Positions 50,901 to 64,000 of a stretch of DNA of 64,000 bases are shown here, piece by piece. Origin of the DNA: Balanoglossus misakiensis (lineage: Eukaryota > Animalia > Hemichordata); the NCBI GenBank assembly GCA_040954595.2, contig CM082584.2, positions 10,138,190 through 10,202,189 on the forward strand, given 5' to 3'. The notes beneath the pieces are model-generated. The model saw only the letters and a program-made list of their open reading frames with translations, had not been told where the DNA came from and did not search any database. Within the stretch, counting starts at the first letter, position 1. The number at the start of each line of letters is the position of its first letter. The position numbers were made by a program, and so were the translations under genes.

Positions 50901-53900
50901 TGGCGTTTCCTCTTATTCTGATGATACAGGACCTCCTCTTGCAATCTTTGATTCTCCAATTCTAGCATCATCACTTGAGCATTGAATCCGTTGTCTAGAA
51001 CGAGTATTGAAACAATAACAAATCAATATCAATATATAACCTACCATAAGTATATTTTGTAAAAAAAAAAGTTGTAGCTCATGTGGGTCTTTAAGGATAC
51101 TTCCCCAGAGTATTAGGTTATGAAGATCTTTAAAAAGTCATCTATAAACTAACCATTCTCCTTGGGTTTCTTCTTTTTCTTCAGCTTACTCTTGGATAAA
51201 TCTTCCAACATCTGTGCCTCAGCCTGCATATCGTGCATTTGGGCCAAAACCACGGGATCGTTTCCTCCACTCTGTAGGTAAGCTAACCTCATTGCACTGA
51301 AAAGTTAAAAAGATTATTTTTGGAATTTAGAATCTCCTTTAATTAAGGGGAATTTGTGTCTATGTTTGTCATTTGTGTTTCGTCATACAGACTGTAGGCA
51401 GGAAAAGGACTGATTTGCCTCGTAAATGCAAAAAATCTAACTTACCTTACTTCCGACACGAGTGAACCACTGTGATAAGGAATACTTATAATCTTCTTCT
51501 GGCTGGGAGGTCTGTTGACAAAGATCACATCAAACACAAAATGAAATTAAAAAAACTTTGTTGCATATTTTACGTATTCACTTGGGAGTATAAAGAGGCA
51601 ACTGCCAGGTATGGAAAATAAAACAGTGTCTTTGCACACACTGTGAAAAGACTAGAGCCGATATGAAAACCTCCATGTTAGACATTAAAGAACAACTTAC
51701 TTTTGATGAATAGCGAGAAGCTGCCTTTTCAAATCCTCCAGAGTTTTGTGGTTTCTCTTCTCTTGTTCTTTCAAAGCATCGATCATTTTCTCCAGAGTGG
51801 AATCGCTGCTTTTCAAATCCTGCCGTCCCAATTCCTCGAGTCTCCTCCTGATTTCTGCGAGTGAAGTGAACAAATGTCAATATTTAGAGAATGTGTTTTA
51901 TGAATAGGCATTTCAAAGTGATTGTGAGATCCCACTGATTGTGAATTCAACTGTGGCGATGCAGGGATTTAGTGGAACAGTATATAAATTAATATATTTG
52001 AGCAATTATGTTCACTCTAGAAAAGCTGAAAGCAATGCCAATACTGACTGGTTGATCTCTGGTCATAAAATAAATAAAATACCAACAGTTTTGTATAATT
52101 TATTTCGTGCAACGAGAGCACAACAAACTCAAAAACCAACCACAGGAGCAAAAAGGTAATGACTTGAACCCTTTCACCCCCAGTTCCCTCTGTAGAGGTC
52201 CAACTTTACCATAGGAAACAATGGGGTTGGACTGAACCATGGTGGTAAAAGGGTTCATGCGATGCATCTACCAAACACAGTTCCTTACCTTCTTTCTGTC
52301 TTTCCAAGTCCATGTTTTTTCCTTGTAAATCCCTCAATTGTCTGCCATGATTGTCTGCGAGGGTTCGAAGGTGAGCCTGGTGTTCCCTCTGCCATCGTGG
52401 GCTTGTTTCCTGAATAGAGAGCAACCAGACAACAATCAAAAATTATATCAGTCAATATGTTATCACTAATAAATATATTTAATTGATGAAAGTAAATTTT
52501 ATACATATTTTTTAACTTAATATTAAATTCCTGTGTGTATATACATACTTATAATAAAATATATATGTGTATTTTACATAACAGATGCCACATGTCAGCC
52601 AACCTCTCTGTCTTGTATTTCAACCCCCCCCCCCCCTGACACCACCCCTACCCTCTCCCCCATATAATAGTTATTTCATTATTTGCGATGGGGATTCACT
52701 GTGTTAGCAAACACCAGAAGAATGCTTCAAAGGGAACATTCTGACGGAATATTTCACACAAAATTAGCAAGGTCCAAGCAAAGCCATGCACTCTGTGTTA
52801 ATGTGTCAATGTACCGGGTAGTGTAGGCATATAACGAAATAGGAAAGAGATAGATGTTAATTGCTGTGTCTGGACACAGATAGATATATACGTACACTGA
52901 AATTGATCATGCAGACACAAGTTAATACAGTCACAACACGCATGTTAAAAAAAACAGTTTATTACGTTTTTAGTAACTACCAAACTTGTCTTGAAATCTC
53001 TCTGTGATCACTGAGACTCGAAACCCAAATCACCATTTAAACTCATACCTTTAAACCTGGCGTCTGGTACCAGACATCAGGCATGATGAGACTGATCAGA
53101 GATTTGGGTCTCAAAAGAACTAGATATTTCACAGGCAGATACCAAACTATTACAAAACGAGACAGATTGAGTTCATAATACACGTACAGTAAAGTGTTTG
53201 CTCAAGTTCATCTAAAAGACTACCAGCGGTGAGTTGCAGGGATCTGTAACTAGTGGTTAGAAACACACATAAACACATAAACACATAAAGAGATGCATCA
53301 CACTAAAACACTGATCAGGTTAATTTTTGGGGGTGGAGACGCGAAGTGTAAATCATTTTCTGATAGGTATAATTGATTCTGTAACTTACATTCCCTTACT
53401 TATATAACCCCTATTGTACTATATATTTGGTAGCTACTTTCTAAGATTACACCTATCAAATCTCAATGGATTTCAGCTAGGACACAATGTAATGTAGCAG
53501 TGAGTACCTGATAGGTGTAAGTTTTAAAGTCAACTCAAGAGTGGAAATAATCAATGAATGTGGAGTCATTTTGTCCCACCAGAATCAAGTTGATCTGACG
53601 AAAGTCACGCAGATGATGTCAGCCCAAATTTGATAGTTACAACCCATCACCAAAGACACATCAGTGTCTTAGCATGTGACCTGATACGCCCCACCTTCAG
53701 AACCTAACTGAGCCAAAAACTCTGAGAAACAGACCCAACAAAGTAAAGTCTCACAATGGAGTCCAAAAATGACACAGATCATACCAAAATGGTATGAGGA
53801 TACGTCCCAAGGGTATGGATCGTGCCAAAGCAGGGAGATACACACGGAAGACATACCATAGAAGACAGAGGGGTGGTCATGCAGAGAAAGAGTGGGGATC

Positions 53901-56900
53901 ATACCAAAGCAGAGCACAGGATTAGGGGGAGTCGGATATTTCAGAGGACCATCATCACTTACATCATCTTCCTCATCTGACATCATAAGCGGCAGACTGA
54001 CACTACTAGAATCTGAGGCTCTGCTATGCACTGTCTGCCTGTAAGGGCTCCTCATAATGTTTTCAACACCATCTATGTACGTTCTCAGTTTCTCTTCCTT
54101 GTCTTGCAAATCATCGTACTGAAAACAACAGAAAGACTGAATGATTTGATGTCAACTGTACTGTCCAATCTCGACAATTATTGCACCGTAAGACCACAAT
54201 CCATCCTGCCTTGTTGTTGCAAGGCAAGGAGGAAGACAACTTGATTACTCTGGTAGACAAACTAACAACTCAATCATGATGCTGCATGGCCCTTATTAAA
54301 ATCTTGCCACATGCCCATCAAGTCTACAAGCCCGACACATCACCCCAGATATGACAGCACAAACTATCAAACGCCAATTCTAACACCACACTACCTCAGC
54401 ATTAAGTTCCCACAGATCCCTCGTTGGACTTGGTTCCTTCGCCCTGTGTCTACCCTGCAGAACCTTTCTGACCTGAGCCGATCGTTTCCTCTGTTCCTCT
54501 TGCTTTTGTTTCGCCTCCTGCAGCAAGATCTTCTCGTTGGTGTCCATCAGGCTCCGCTGTCTCCTGTGCCAAGCTTTCATTTTTTTCAGCTCATCAACCT
54601 TTATCAACGAGACGCCAAGACTCGTGAGCCCACCCCTGCAGGGTCGGGGCTCAAACCATCACAGTGGTGTGTGTACAAACACCACCAGCAGAGATGGTCA
54701 TCGTGCAGTGTGGTAAAATGTTCTTTATTAGCAAAGATCACACTAGATCCATCTTGGCTGTAACTTAACACTGAAAATGCACATGATGCTCAATGAACAG
54801 AGAACAACTAAAGCGAACATTACAAACTAAACCAAACTACTGCATTGTGTACTGCAGCCACATGTACATGATGTATGTTGCCATGGCTACACGTAGGATT
54901 GACGCCTACCTGATCCGTAGTGCTTCGCGGGTGCGAGACTCTAGGAGGAGAGGTTTTCTAAGGAGAAAGACATGGGATGGCAGTATGAAAATGGAACCAC
55001 GGATGAGCATTGAAGTGATGATGATCCCCCCACATTGTAGGTAACAAAAAAATGCTATCCTCCTCTGAATAAAATGAGGCTGCTACCTCAGAGCTGATGG
55101 GACACCCCCTCCCCCCAACCCCTTGCTGAGTCTCAGTCATGATGAGTTTGGGGTGATTAACCTGATTTGACCAAGGAACCATAACTTGTTGAGGGCATCT
55201 CAACATGCCACGGTTACTATGGGTTTGTGAGAGTGATTGATTAAATAAATGGCAAGTATGAACAGCCTTCTCACCGATGATTTGTAAGTTATATAACTTT
55301 GAGTGCGTGGCAAATAAAATAAAGCGATAAATCATCATTGCCAGAGTGAAAATTCAGTGTACACACTGACATTATTAGGCTTACAAAAGTTGCCAGTGGC
55401 TTACAGAAAATTTACGAGCAGATTAACACATCGCCTGAATTTTACAACTCGATCTTCTAGTATTATGAAATATGAGCACTGTAAACCTTTAGTTGAAATA
55501 TAAAAAAAATTGCCTGTGGCTTGTGTCTTACACATGGCTATATTGCATACACAACTCCATAGTGTCAGAATCAAAACTTAAGTCGAGACCATATCTCTCA
55601 GCCAATACAGTACGCCATGGATGCTGTATATATAATCAAAAGAAATTTCAATGAAGCTCTCATAAAAAGCCTAGAAATCACATCGCTTTGCTGACTACAA
55701 GCGAGACTTGACTTAAAGTACACAGAGGTTCTGAGGTTAAATTAATCGATATTACCCCATGTAGTATTATACTACTTCAATCAGTGGCCAATATATTTCG
55801 CTGTTGACAGAAGCTATCTGTGATTTCCCATCATGCACTAAAATAAATGTGATTTTGAAAATCTAGATTTGAAATCATACATGTATCTGCTCTAACGTTA
55901 AAGCCCCTCACAACCCTAAGTTGAACTCGCGGGTACTATCACTAAGTATACCTACACATTTTTCATTCAATTCTGTGCATTTTTGTGAGCTTAAATCAGT
56001 GTTTCGTATCCATTTATTCATCCCTAAATGCACAGCCATCAACTCGTGACCTATTGACCCCTTTTGTTGACAAGTAACAACGAAAAAATGCAAAGCTGGA
56101 CAGATCGATTTTGTTATCAGAGATTCAAAAAGGAAATAATTCTGTATTAGGGAAATGGAACGGGCCGGGTATTCAATATTTAGGGAGCTGCAATACTCTC
56201 TCGTATCTTAACGCAACGAATGACCTTGACCAGTTTGCTTGCCGCTTATTTGAAACACCCCCAGCTCAATAGCCACTAGACTTTTTTTTATTGCTAAGCA
56301 AACATGTCATGTCATTACAGCATTGCTGTATCTACCAGTGAAATCCTATAGCCCCCCCCCCCCCCCCCCTCTCCACTATACACTGGGACAAGTCACTGCA
56401 CTTATAGTGGGCGGTGTTTACCGTTGCTAGGCAAGTAACCAAGGACACTTGTTTGGAACCACAATACATGGTTGAGGGCTGGGTCTTGCATGCATGTTGT
56501 CAGATGGCTGAATTGATAATGCACTAAAGACTCTTGGATAATATTTGAACTAAGGGCTCCCCTGCCTACAGAGCTCTGCAATAGTGGGGCATTCATTGTT
56601 CAATTTTTTCACCTGGACAACCTATACGCACATACTTTTTAAATTGCTATTTGATTTTAGATACCCAAGTATTTGCTGTTCAATACTAATCATTTCTACA
56701 AGAGAAAAAAAATACTGACTTGAAATTCTTTTTGCAATATGATATAATTTACAGTGATCAAGAGAAAAAAAGATGACCGGAATAACTTTTATTTCTAAAA
56801 CCATTCAGACTTGGAATCTTAGAAACCATTACTCTCTGTATCTTGCTCTCCATTGATTGTAAGACTCGGAAACTGTGAATACTAGATTTCCGAAATCAAT

Positions 56901-57724
56901 GAATGCTATGGATCTCTTTTCAATGCGCGATCGAATTTGTGAAGCAAACAGCAAGTAGTTCAGTATTGAAGAATAGTTATGAATAATTTGACATAATGAT
57001 ACATGATTGCACATAATGAGTTTTGCAGCTATGCTGTCGGGAAAGTGGTGTCGCAGAGTTGTGTTGAATTATGGGTGGTTTCACAAAAGGCAGTACTTAG
57101 CAATCTGTATCCCAGTACCTTTTATTCCAGCGCAAGAATGCATATACTGCTTGGCCGTTTTTCAATTGATTTCGTTTGGTGCCTGTTCAAACACGTATTC
57201 GGTGTAAAAAAAATCAACAAAACAAACCCAAACTATTACAGGGAGTGGGGGAAGGCACCGCTGAAAACATCACTGGAGCAACAACAGCAACCAGAAGTGG
57301 TTGCCGTGGCAACCGATGTCACACGGGAGTGCGGATACCGCGCGAGGAAATGAGCCCCGCACAGCCAGGGGCAAAATGAAAAACGTTTAATTACAGAAAT
57401 CAAAAGAATGGCGTTTTAATTGTGTCAAACAGAGAGGCTGACATTTGAAATGTAGACATCGTGTTAAAATATCGATCACAGCATAGAAATCATGAGTGTG
57501 TGCCATTTATAATAAATGAGATGTTATTAAATTAAATGTGGCGTGATAAAATTGTAAAAGACAGGCCAACTTACAATCTCTTCATCGGAAGAATAATCGT
57601 CGCTTGTCATCGTGAGTCTTGTGGTCCTTCCGACACAGAATCTGTCCCGGTGTTTGGTCATCATATGTACAGTATTAAAAGTCATGCCACAATCAGGGCA
57701 TCGAAGTGTTCTGTCGCTAGCCAT
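38946..57724 (-). CDS. CCDC17: Coiled-coil domain-containing protein 17-like, long form with N-terminal Zn finger, coiled coils and several C2-like domains
   Basis: First exon MASDRTLRCPDCGMTF...KHRDRFCVG (CCDC17-type Zn finger); ~51296-51153 AMRLAYLQSGGNDPVVLAQ; 47788-47588 GFLVFFDFITGL; ~47065-46855 WAKLPLFD...LTGRWKAPLR..P; ~46706 GAEIFYRVV. Further frame-compatible exons continue down to a last exon 38993-38946 (LVYKLVAEEDELNAT*). Not every junction was verified. Confidence 0.8.
57300..57313. promoter_or_regulatory. RFX X-box in CCDC17 intron 1
   Basis: GTTGCCGTGGCAAC, a near-perfect palindromic X-box about 270 bp into the first intron. Confidence 0.55.
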
Positions 57725-59427
57725 ATTGTGTATATATTCTGTACTGGTACGATATCCGCGTGGGAAATGTCCAATCCAGTTGTTTTATCCGGCCCCAAAA
57801 AGATCAAACCACTTAAAATAATTTAAAAGACATCAGACGGTGCACACACGATCGCGATCTTCATTTGCTGTAGTTTTCCTCTGACAACAACACGACCATA
57901 TTGATTCCACTCGGGTCGAAAAATTAATCAGTCCAGTCACAGGGACGCGTCCATGTTGTTTGAACAAATCACCGCTGCCCGATATATATTCTCTTGGTCC
58001 GTACTATACTTAAGTGATCGAGACAATTTATAACAAAGAGTAGGTGTTTTCAACCGGCCGTCAATCGTTCGAACGATAATGAAAAACTTTGACCTCGGGT
58101 TTCTTTGATACACAGATTTTACTGCATTGTCAGTCGTGGACATAGAGAGCCACGGATCCAACATATAAACAGTAGTCCTTGAAATGCACACTGTCTTAAA
58201 AACAGCGGTCTTGATCAAACACTCACCAGTGCGCAGACACCAATTTTCGTGAGAATACAAGATTAACAATGAACACGGTGATATATACCTTCAGTAGTCC
58301 TGAAAACGACCGACATAACCAGGCAGTTAATGTGTCTTTTTACGATAACCACCACGCGTTTCCCGGCTACCTTATATTTAATTTCCGAGCGCGATCAATC
58401 GTCCAGGTGTATGGGGGCGCTATGACAACATACATCATGATACTTAGTGTACGTGAAAACGAAGGATAGTTAAACTTCATATCATCATAGTCAGACTGCG
58501 GCCGCAACTTTTGGCATTATTTTTTTTAACTTCATACTAAAAATTACTTACATTAGCGTCTATTCATTACGTGTAATTACTTTGTCATGTATATACATTC
58601 CCCATCATTCCAAAGATGAAGTAGGCCCCTATTCTGCATTTTGTCGCTTATTAATACTTTTAATCTTTTTACAGTACAGCTGTAATATTTGGGATTTAGG
58701 ATGAAACGATACATGTATTATTGTTGTTAAAATTCTGAGATCTTTTATTCTTCTTCTGCCTACCACAATTATCCAGAATATCATCGACTTCTGAAGAAGT
58801 TGATTTTTAGGCCCTTGACTCAAACGTTTCTCTGCCTGATCGACGATGTTTAAGAGAGCAAAGTAAATTATAACGAGATCCTTTGAATTAAAAGTGTGAA
58901 ATGTACTGTAATAGCACAGAAAAAATCTCCTCAGCATGACACGCATGCTACAAAATTGAACCCTGTCAGAAAACATGAAAAACAGACCCAGTTTTAAGTA
59001 ATGGGGAACGTGAAAATGTGCGAAGATGACGTCTTGAGTCGAGGTGGCTGTCGCATTAGGTAAGACTGGGATCCTCGCTAAAATGGACAAAACGACGTCT
59101 ATCGGAGATGAAATCGTGTAATGACCAGAATTTCACGTGGTTAGGTTCTCGGTGCATTCGTCACTGGTTTCTGTAGAAAATTTCGGGCAGAAACTAATAT
59201 TAAAGTAACCGTTCCAAATTTCTGTCGCAACATCTGCAACACAGTGCGTTGAATGAGGCTTATGCGTTTTTGTACTTAAAGTTAAATCTGTTACCTAACT
59301 TTAGAGCATGGAGTAATATTAATATTAACGGTGATATGATTTTGTCTAACTGTTCACCATTGTTCATGGTGGTTAGACATTTGTTGCCAAACTACACTCA
59401 GTGCATGCAGTGATATCCCTTATGATA

Positions 59428-60338
59428 CCCCCTGTTCTGGAAATGTTATGTCGCCACCTATGGCAGGAATGACAAATAGATTCCCTGGTCAATTACTTAT
59501 TCACTTCACTTATGTTTAATTGATAACCTATTTAAATTACTCAAGGGAATAATTAACCTCGTGATCTAGCCATATGGTGACCTAATTGATTTGACCTGTT
59601 TGATCACCTCAAAATTTAAATATATATGGAAAGTGCGTGTACAGTCTAGACAATTTGCACCTGCTGTTGGTTCAAAGGTTCGTTTGAAAAGTCGAAGAGG
59701 TTGAGGTTTTGACACCACCAGCCAACTTTTCCCAAACGCGAGAGAAATTAGTTGAGCAAAAAGTCATCCTATGAAAATTGTTCGAGAGATACTTGTTTGA
59801 GGAATCTTTGTTTTTACTTTTATGCCACTGAGAAAAAATATCCAACGGGTTTTTTTCCTCGCGAGGAAAATTTCTCAAAATCAAGAGAAAATAGCAGAGG
59901 GCAATTTGACTAAAACCGTATGACCTTATCAAATGGTGACCTAATTGATTTGACCCGCTTACTCACTACAAATTTAAATAAGAATTGAAAATGCGTGTAC
60001 AGTGCCAGACAGTTGCACCTGTTGATATCAAAGGGTTCTTTTGAAAGGTCAAAGAAATTGAGGCCAAAAGTTCTGACATACGAATACATGGACGGTAATG
60101 CATGTTCTGAAAATGTAAATGTCGCCATCAACGACAAGTACTGAATTACGTCACTCAATATGGCGACCTAATTTGATTTGACCCGTCACGAAATTTAAAT
60201 AATAACGCGCCCGTGTACAGTACCAGACAGTTTGCACCTGTTGGGGTCAACTAGATTTGGGACGCATGTGACATAGGACGAAAATCCCCTGTTCAGGAAT
60301 GTTTAATGTCGCCACCCAGCGGCGGATATGGCAAATAA
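59428..60338. repeat. Interleaved degenerate direct repeats (three ~90-140 bp B units and three ~40-50 bp A units)
   Basis: B units (ATGGTGACCTAATTGATTTGACC...AAATTTAAATA...CGTGTACAGT..AGACA.TTGCACCTG) at ~59572, ~59933 and ~60158. A units (TGTTC....ATGT..ATGTCGCCA) at ~59428, ~60103 and ~60286. Confidence 0.8.
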
Positions 60339-60514
60339 AATGCACCGTAGAAATAGTATGACGTCATGCGTATTCCTCGGTTGACCCCATGCAACCTCTG
60401 ACCTTAGCGGAATCCCCAGGTCAATCGAGCTTGAGGGTTTTACACTGTGGACAACTGGGACAAAGACAGGTTTTCTGTTGGTGAGACATTCGTGATTTGT
60501 GTTTTTATTTTAAC

Positions 60515-63500
60515 ATGTCAGAGGTGACATTTTCCACAAACTGCCTTGTAGAACTCAGCGTTCACTGTCAACAAAATGTGCGACCACGGTCCAACTTTGG
60601 CACCGGTGAAACTGAAAATGCTGTCAAGTTATCGAAAAAGTGTAAGCGCACAAATCCTGCAAAACCCGAAAAATTCAGCTGCAGCGGTGTGATCATCGAT
60701 TCAGCCCACGGCTTGGTATTGACACACGGATCGCTGCTTTCAGAGTTCTTCACTAAGTCGGCTTGCAACGAGTTAATCGAGCGACGGGCCACCGTAGACT
60801 TTGTTCGCCTCACCGGAAGTCGCATGAAAGTTCAACACACTTTGAAAGTGCTGCTTCAACGTGTAAACAATGACGGTAGAGTTTCTTCCGGCAACGAAAG
60901 GCGTGATTTCCAAGTGTTCTCCGCCGATCCCGTGCTCGCCTGGAACTGCCCGAATCTGAAAAGTGTCATCAACAACTTGCTCCCGAAATCCGACGGCTGG
61001 CGGTTCGAAGACGTCCCCAGGAAGGATGCGTCGGTTGCCATGGTAACGGACGGAGAGGAGCAACACTACCTCAACTATGACGAGCAAGCGATACAGCCAG
61101 TGGAATCGAAATCGGACATTTCATTTGATTCACAAACGCTGCTCACATGGTTTGCACTGCTTAAGATAAGTGATTGGCAGAAACCAAGGTAAAATCAAAT
61201 CTATAATTATAGATTGAAAATTGGATAAAAGATAGCAAACCACTAAATATTTCATATAGATATTGGAGAAACAGTCAAACATATTGTTTTCTATCTTTCC
61301 AGGACTGACAGTACAAGTATTGGTGTTATGCCAAGCTGTCATCTGCAGCAAGGACAATCTCTCATCACCATAGCAACTCCGTTTGCCAGTGTCTGTCCAT
61401 TGGTGTTCTTCAACAGTATGAGCAAAGGAATAGTTACCAATGTGGCTGGAGAGGGAAACGCACTTATTATGACTGATGCAAGGTGCATGCCCGGCACTGA
61501 AGGTGGCGCTGTCTATACAGTTTCTCATTCTCCAGAGACCAGGTGAAGTGTAAAAAAATGCTGTGTGCTATTAAAGCCCTGATAGCTGCCACTAGCATCT
61601 CCATATCCTTCAGTCAGCAGTTGACACCATTTTGAATGTGTGGAGACACTAATACTAATACATTGTACCTATGTGTACATACTGATATAGTTCTGTACTC
61701 TTGTATTGGGGGGGGGGGGGGGGGGGGCTGAATAAATGAGTGTGGCACCCAGCTAGTACCTCAGCATTAGGGCCACCATGTTCATGGTTTCAAGCTCTTT
61801 TTCAGATGCCTGACTGGTTTGATCGTGGCACCGTTGTGTTGGAAATCCAATGAATGGATTGGTCTGACTTTAGTAGCCGGTATATCGGAAATACTCGATT
61901 GTCTAAGGCATGTCATCGGTGATGGACCTGTGAAATCCATGCTTCCTGTTGTATACACCAAGAAAGTCGATCAAGAAAGCAGTAAAGATTCAGGTACCGT
62001 ATGATGTGCTTGTTGCTGTTTTATTGACATGGTTTCTAGAAAGATTATTATTCCTAAAGCTTTTTTTTCCTTGTGCACAGCGTCATCTTCAACATTGTAT
62101 GGTCAAAGCCTTGTCAAAGCGATGAAAAGAGTGGTGTTTGTACAGACGGGTAATTCGTGGGGTTCTGGTGTCGTCATTGATAATCAGGGCGAATTCATTC
62201 TCACCTGCAGACATGTGGTCAAAGGAGCTCTCAATTCTCAAGGTAAAAAAATAATTACTGTCTGTGGTTTTGATTCTCTTGTCTAATAAAATTCTCTTAT
62301 ATGTATTATCAGTAAACCATTTGTTTGAGTCTATTGCCAGTCTCTCTAAAAACTTTTTTGAAATGCATTGTAAATATGCCCTCTAATGTTTGATGTTCTG
62401 TTCTATCTGATCAGTTCAAGTGAGATTCGACTTTCCCACAAGGTACTGGACATCTGCAGAAGTTATATTCTCGACTCTTCCGTCGTCCGCAATAGATCTG
62501 GCCGTGCTACGAATTATGGCGAGGCAAAATTTGCACCTTCCAGATTTGCAGATATCTACAGACTACAGCCAAGGTAGTGATGGTTCTCAAGAATTTAACA
62601 TATTCTCAATTTGATTCAAATCTTTTAAAAATCTTGTTTGTTAGAGGGTACACTGCTTCATATCATCAAGAAAAATTATCTAATTGGTCTACTGATTGTA
62701 CCTGTTCATTTATTGATTTTATTTTCAGGTAACGAGGTGTGTGTTGTCGGGCACGCCCTGTTTCCGAGAGACGTGGCAATGTACCCATCGGTTACATACG
62801 GCGTTTTGTCCACCCTTGTCACGGTAGAAAACAGACCAGCTCTACTCCAGGTAGATACCCTAACACATATACATGTATTCCTGTGTTGTTGAAGGTTGAA
62901 GGTTATACTCAATAGCTGTGACTTCCCATTGAGTATATCGATATAAATGTTTTCTTGTTCCTTTACAGTCTACATGCGCTGTCCATTCTGGGGCAAGTGG
63001 TGGACCGTTGTTGTGCGCCGAGACGGGTCAACTTCTTGGAATAGTTGCCAGTAATTCAAAGTGAGTATTGCTATAAATCATTCCAACATGAAATAGGTGG
63101 AAATCAAGATTAGAATAGCTTTCTTTGAAAAAAGTTGTTGGATAGTAGCATGATCATTACTTCAATGTTAAACTGTCTCTTTTACTGGTAATCTATTTTA
63201 ATTTTTTTTTCCAGAGACACTGACAGTGGTGCGTCTTTTCCTCATGTTAATTTCAGTGTTCCCATAGTAACGGTTTACAAAGCCTTGGAAGATTTCATGA
63301 ACTCCTCAGGTAGGATTGTGTTCTAGTTAGTTTTGATCTGTTATCTTTAAACTAGTATGAAATACAAATGTATTATATGTAAAGCATGCCCCCTGTGAGA
63401 ATGACTTTGGAAGACTTTTTAATGGGAAAGATAGTCTGAACATTTTTGGATAACTATTTCAGATGTCGGCCACCTGCAAGCTCTGAATGCCTGCGATGGA

Positions 63501-63575
63501 AGTTTTCAGAAGATCTGGCGACTACAGGACGACATTCTTCAAGGCTCTGAAGAGAATCTGAAATGCAGACTATGA
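60515..63575 (+). CDS. TYSND1: Peroxisomal leader peptide-processing protease (trypsin domain-containing 1), ~9 exons
   Basis: Approximate exons 60515-61188, 61303-61542, 61806-61993, 62081-62242, 62421-62572, 62729-62849, 62968-63060, 63215-63309, 63463-63575. The N-terminal degenerate protease domain has SCSGVI..GLVLTHGSL, FFNSMSKGIV, DARCMPGTEGG and PLCWKSNEWIGLTL. The active domain has WGSGV, LTCRHVV (His), DLAVL (Asp) and AVHSGASGGP (Ser). The C-terminus KCRL* is a PTS1. Confidence 0.93.
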
Positions 63576-64000
63576 AAACGACAGTGTTGTCGTCGTTTAG
63601 TTTTAACGAAGCTAATTTTTAAGGAACAGTCAATACCATGGTATCTTACCAGTCCCTAGGGGATTTGGGAGATGTGCAATAGCCATTTAAATGCTGATAT
63701 TCTCTTGACTTAATTTTGAAATGTTCAGAAGAAAGTAATTTTACCAACTGTAAATCATTTGAAATGTATATAAATAAAAATTGTTTAATAAAACACAAGA
63801 CGACTTGGCTGGACATTTATTTTCTCAATAACCTCATGTAAATCCATACAGTTATTGCTTAATGAATAGCACGCAAATGTTCCTATACATGGTATTAAAA
63901 GTACCTCGGGGAAAACAAAATGCCTCGTTTAGTCCAGCAGTAGAAATTAAGATGCCAAATCAAACAAATCTTCTGGGAATCATCTCTAATCTTCAAGGAA

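Noticed and set aside
58629-59090. 153-aa - strand ORF between CCDC17 and TYSND1
   Set aside because: Non-ATG start, AT-rich composition and no recognisable motif or splice context.

Overview
This is gene-dense eukaryotic DNA with short GT-AG introns; the gene content suggests a marine invertebrate animal (inference, species not identifiable). Hand-splicing supports 11 protein-coding genes: a single-exon CHST-type sulfotransferase (-), a 16-exon NOX5-type NADPH oxidase with an apparent extra N-terminal EF-hand block (-), ALG6 (+, with a U12-type intron), two tandem paralogous type II membrane proteins sharing an 8-Cys ectodomain I do not recognise (+), a CD34/podocalyxin-like sialomucin (-), an NNMT/INMT/PNMT-family methyltransferase (-), a second Golgi sulfotransferase (-), SPATA6 (+), a greatly extended CCDC17-like gene (-) and the peroxisomal protease TYSND1 (+). 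The best novelty candidates are the 8-Cys paralog pair, the expanded EF-hand region of NOX5 and the long C-terminal extension of CCDC17. All gene models were spliced by eye, and family assignments come from recalled motifs, not database searches.
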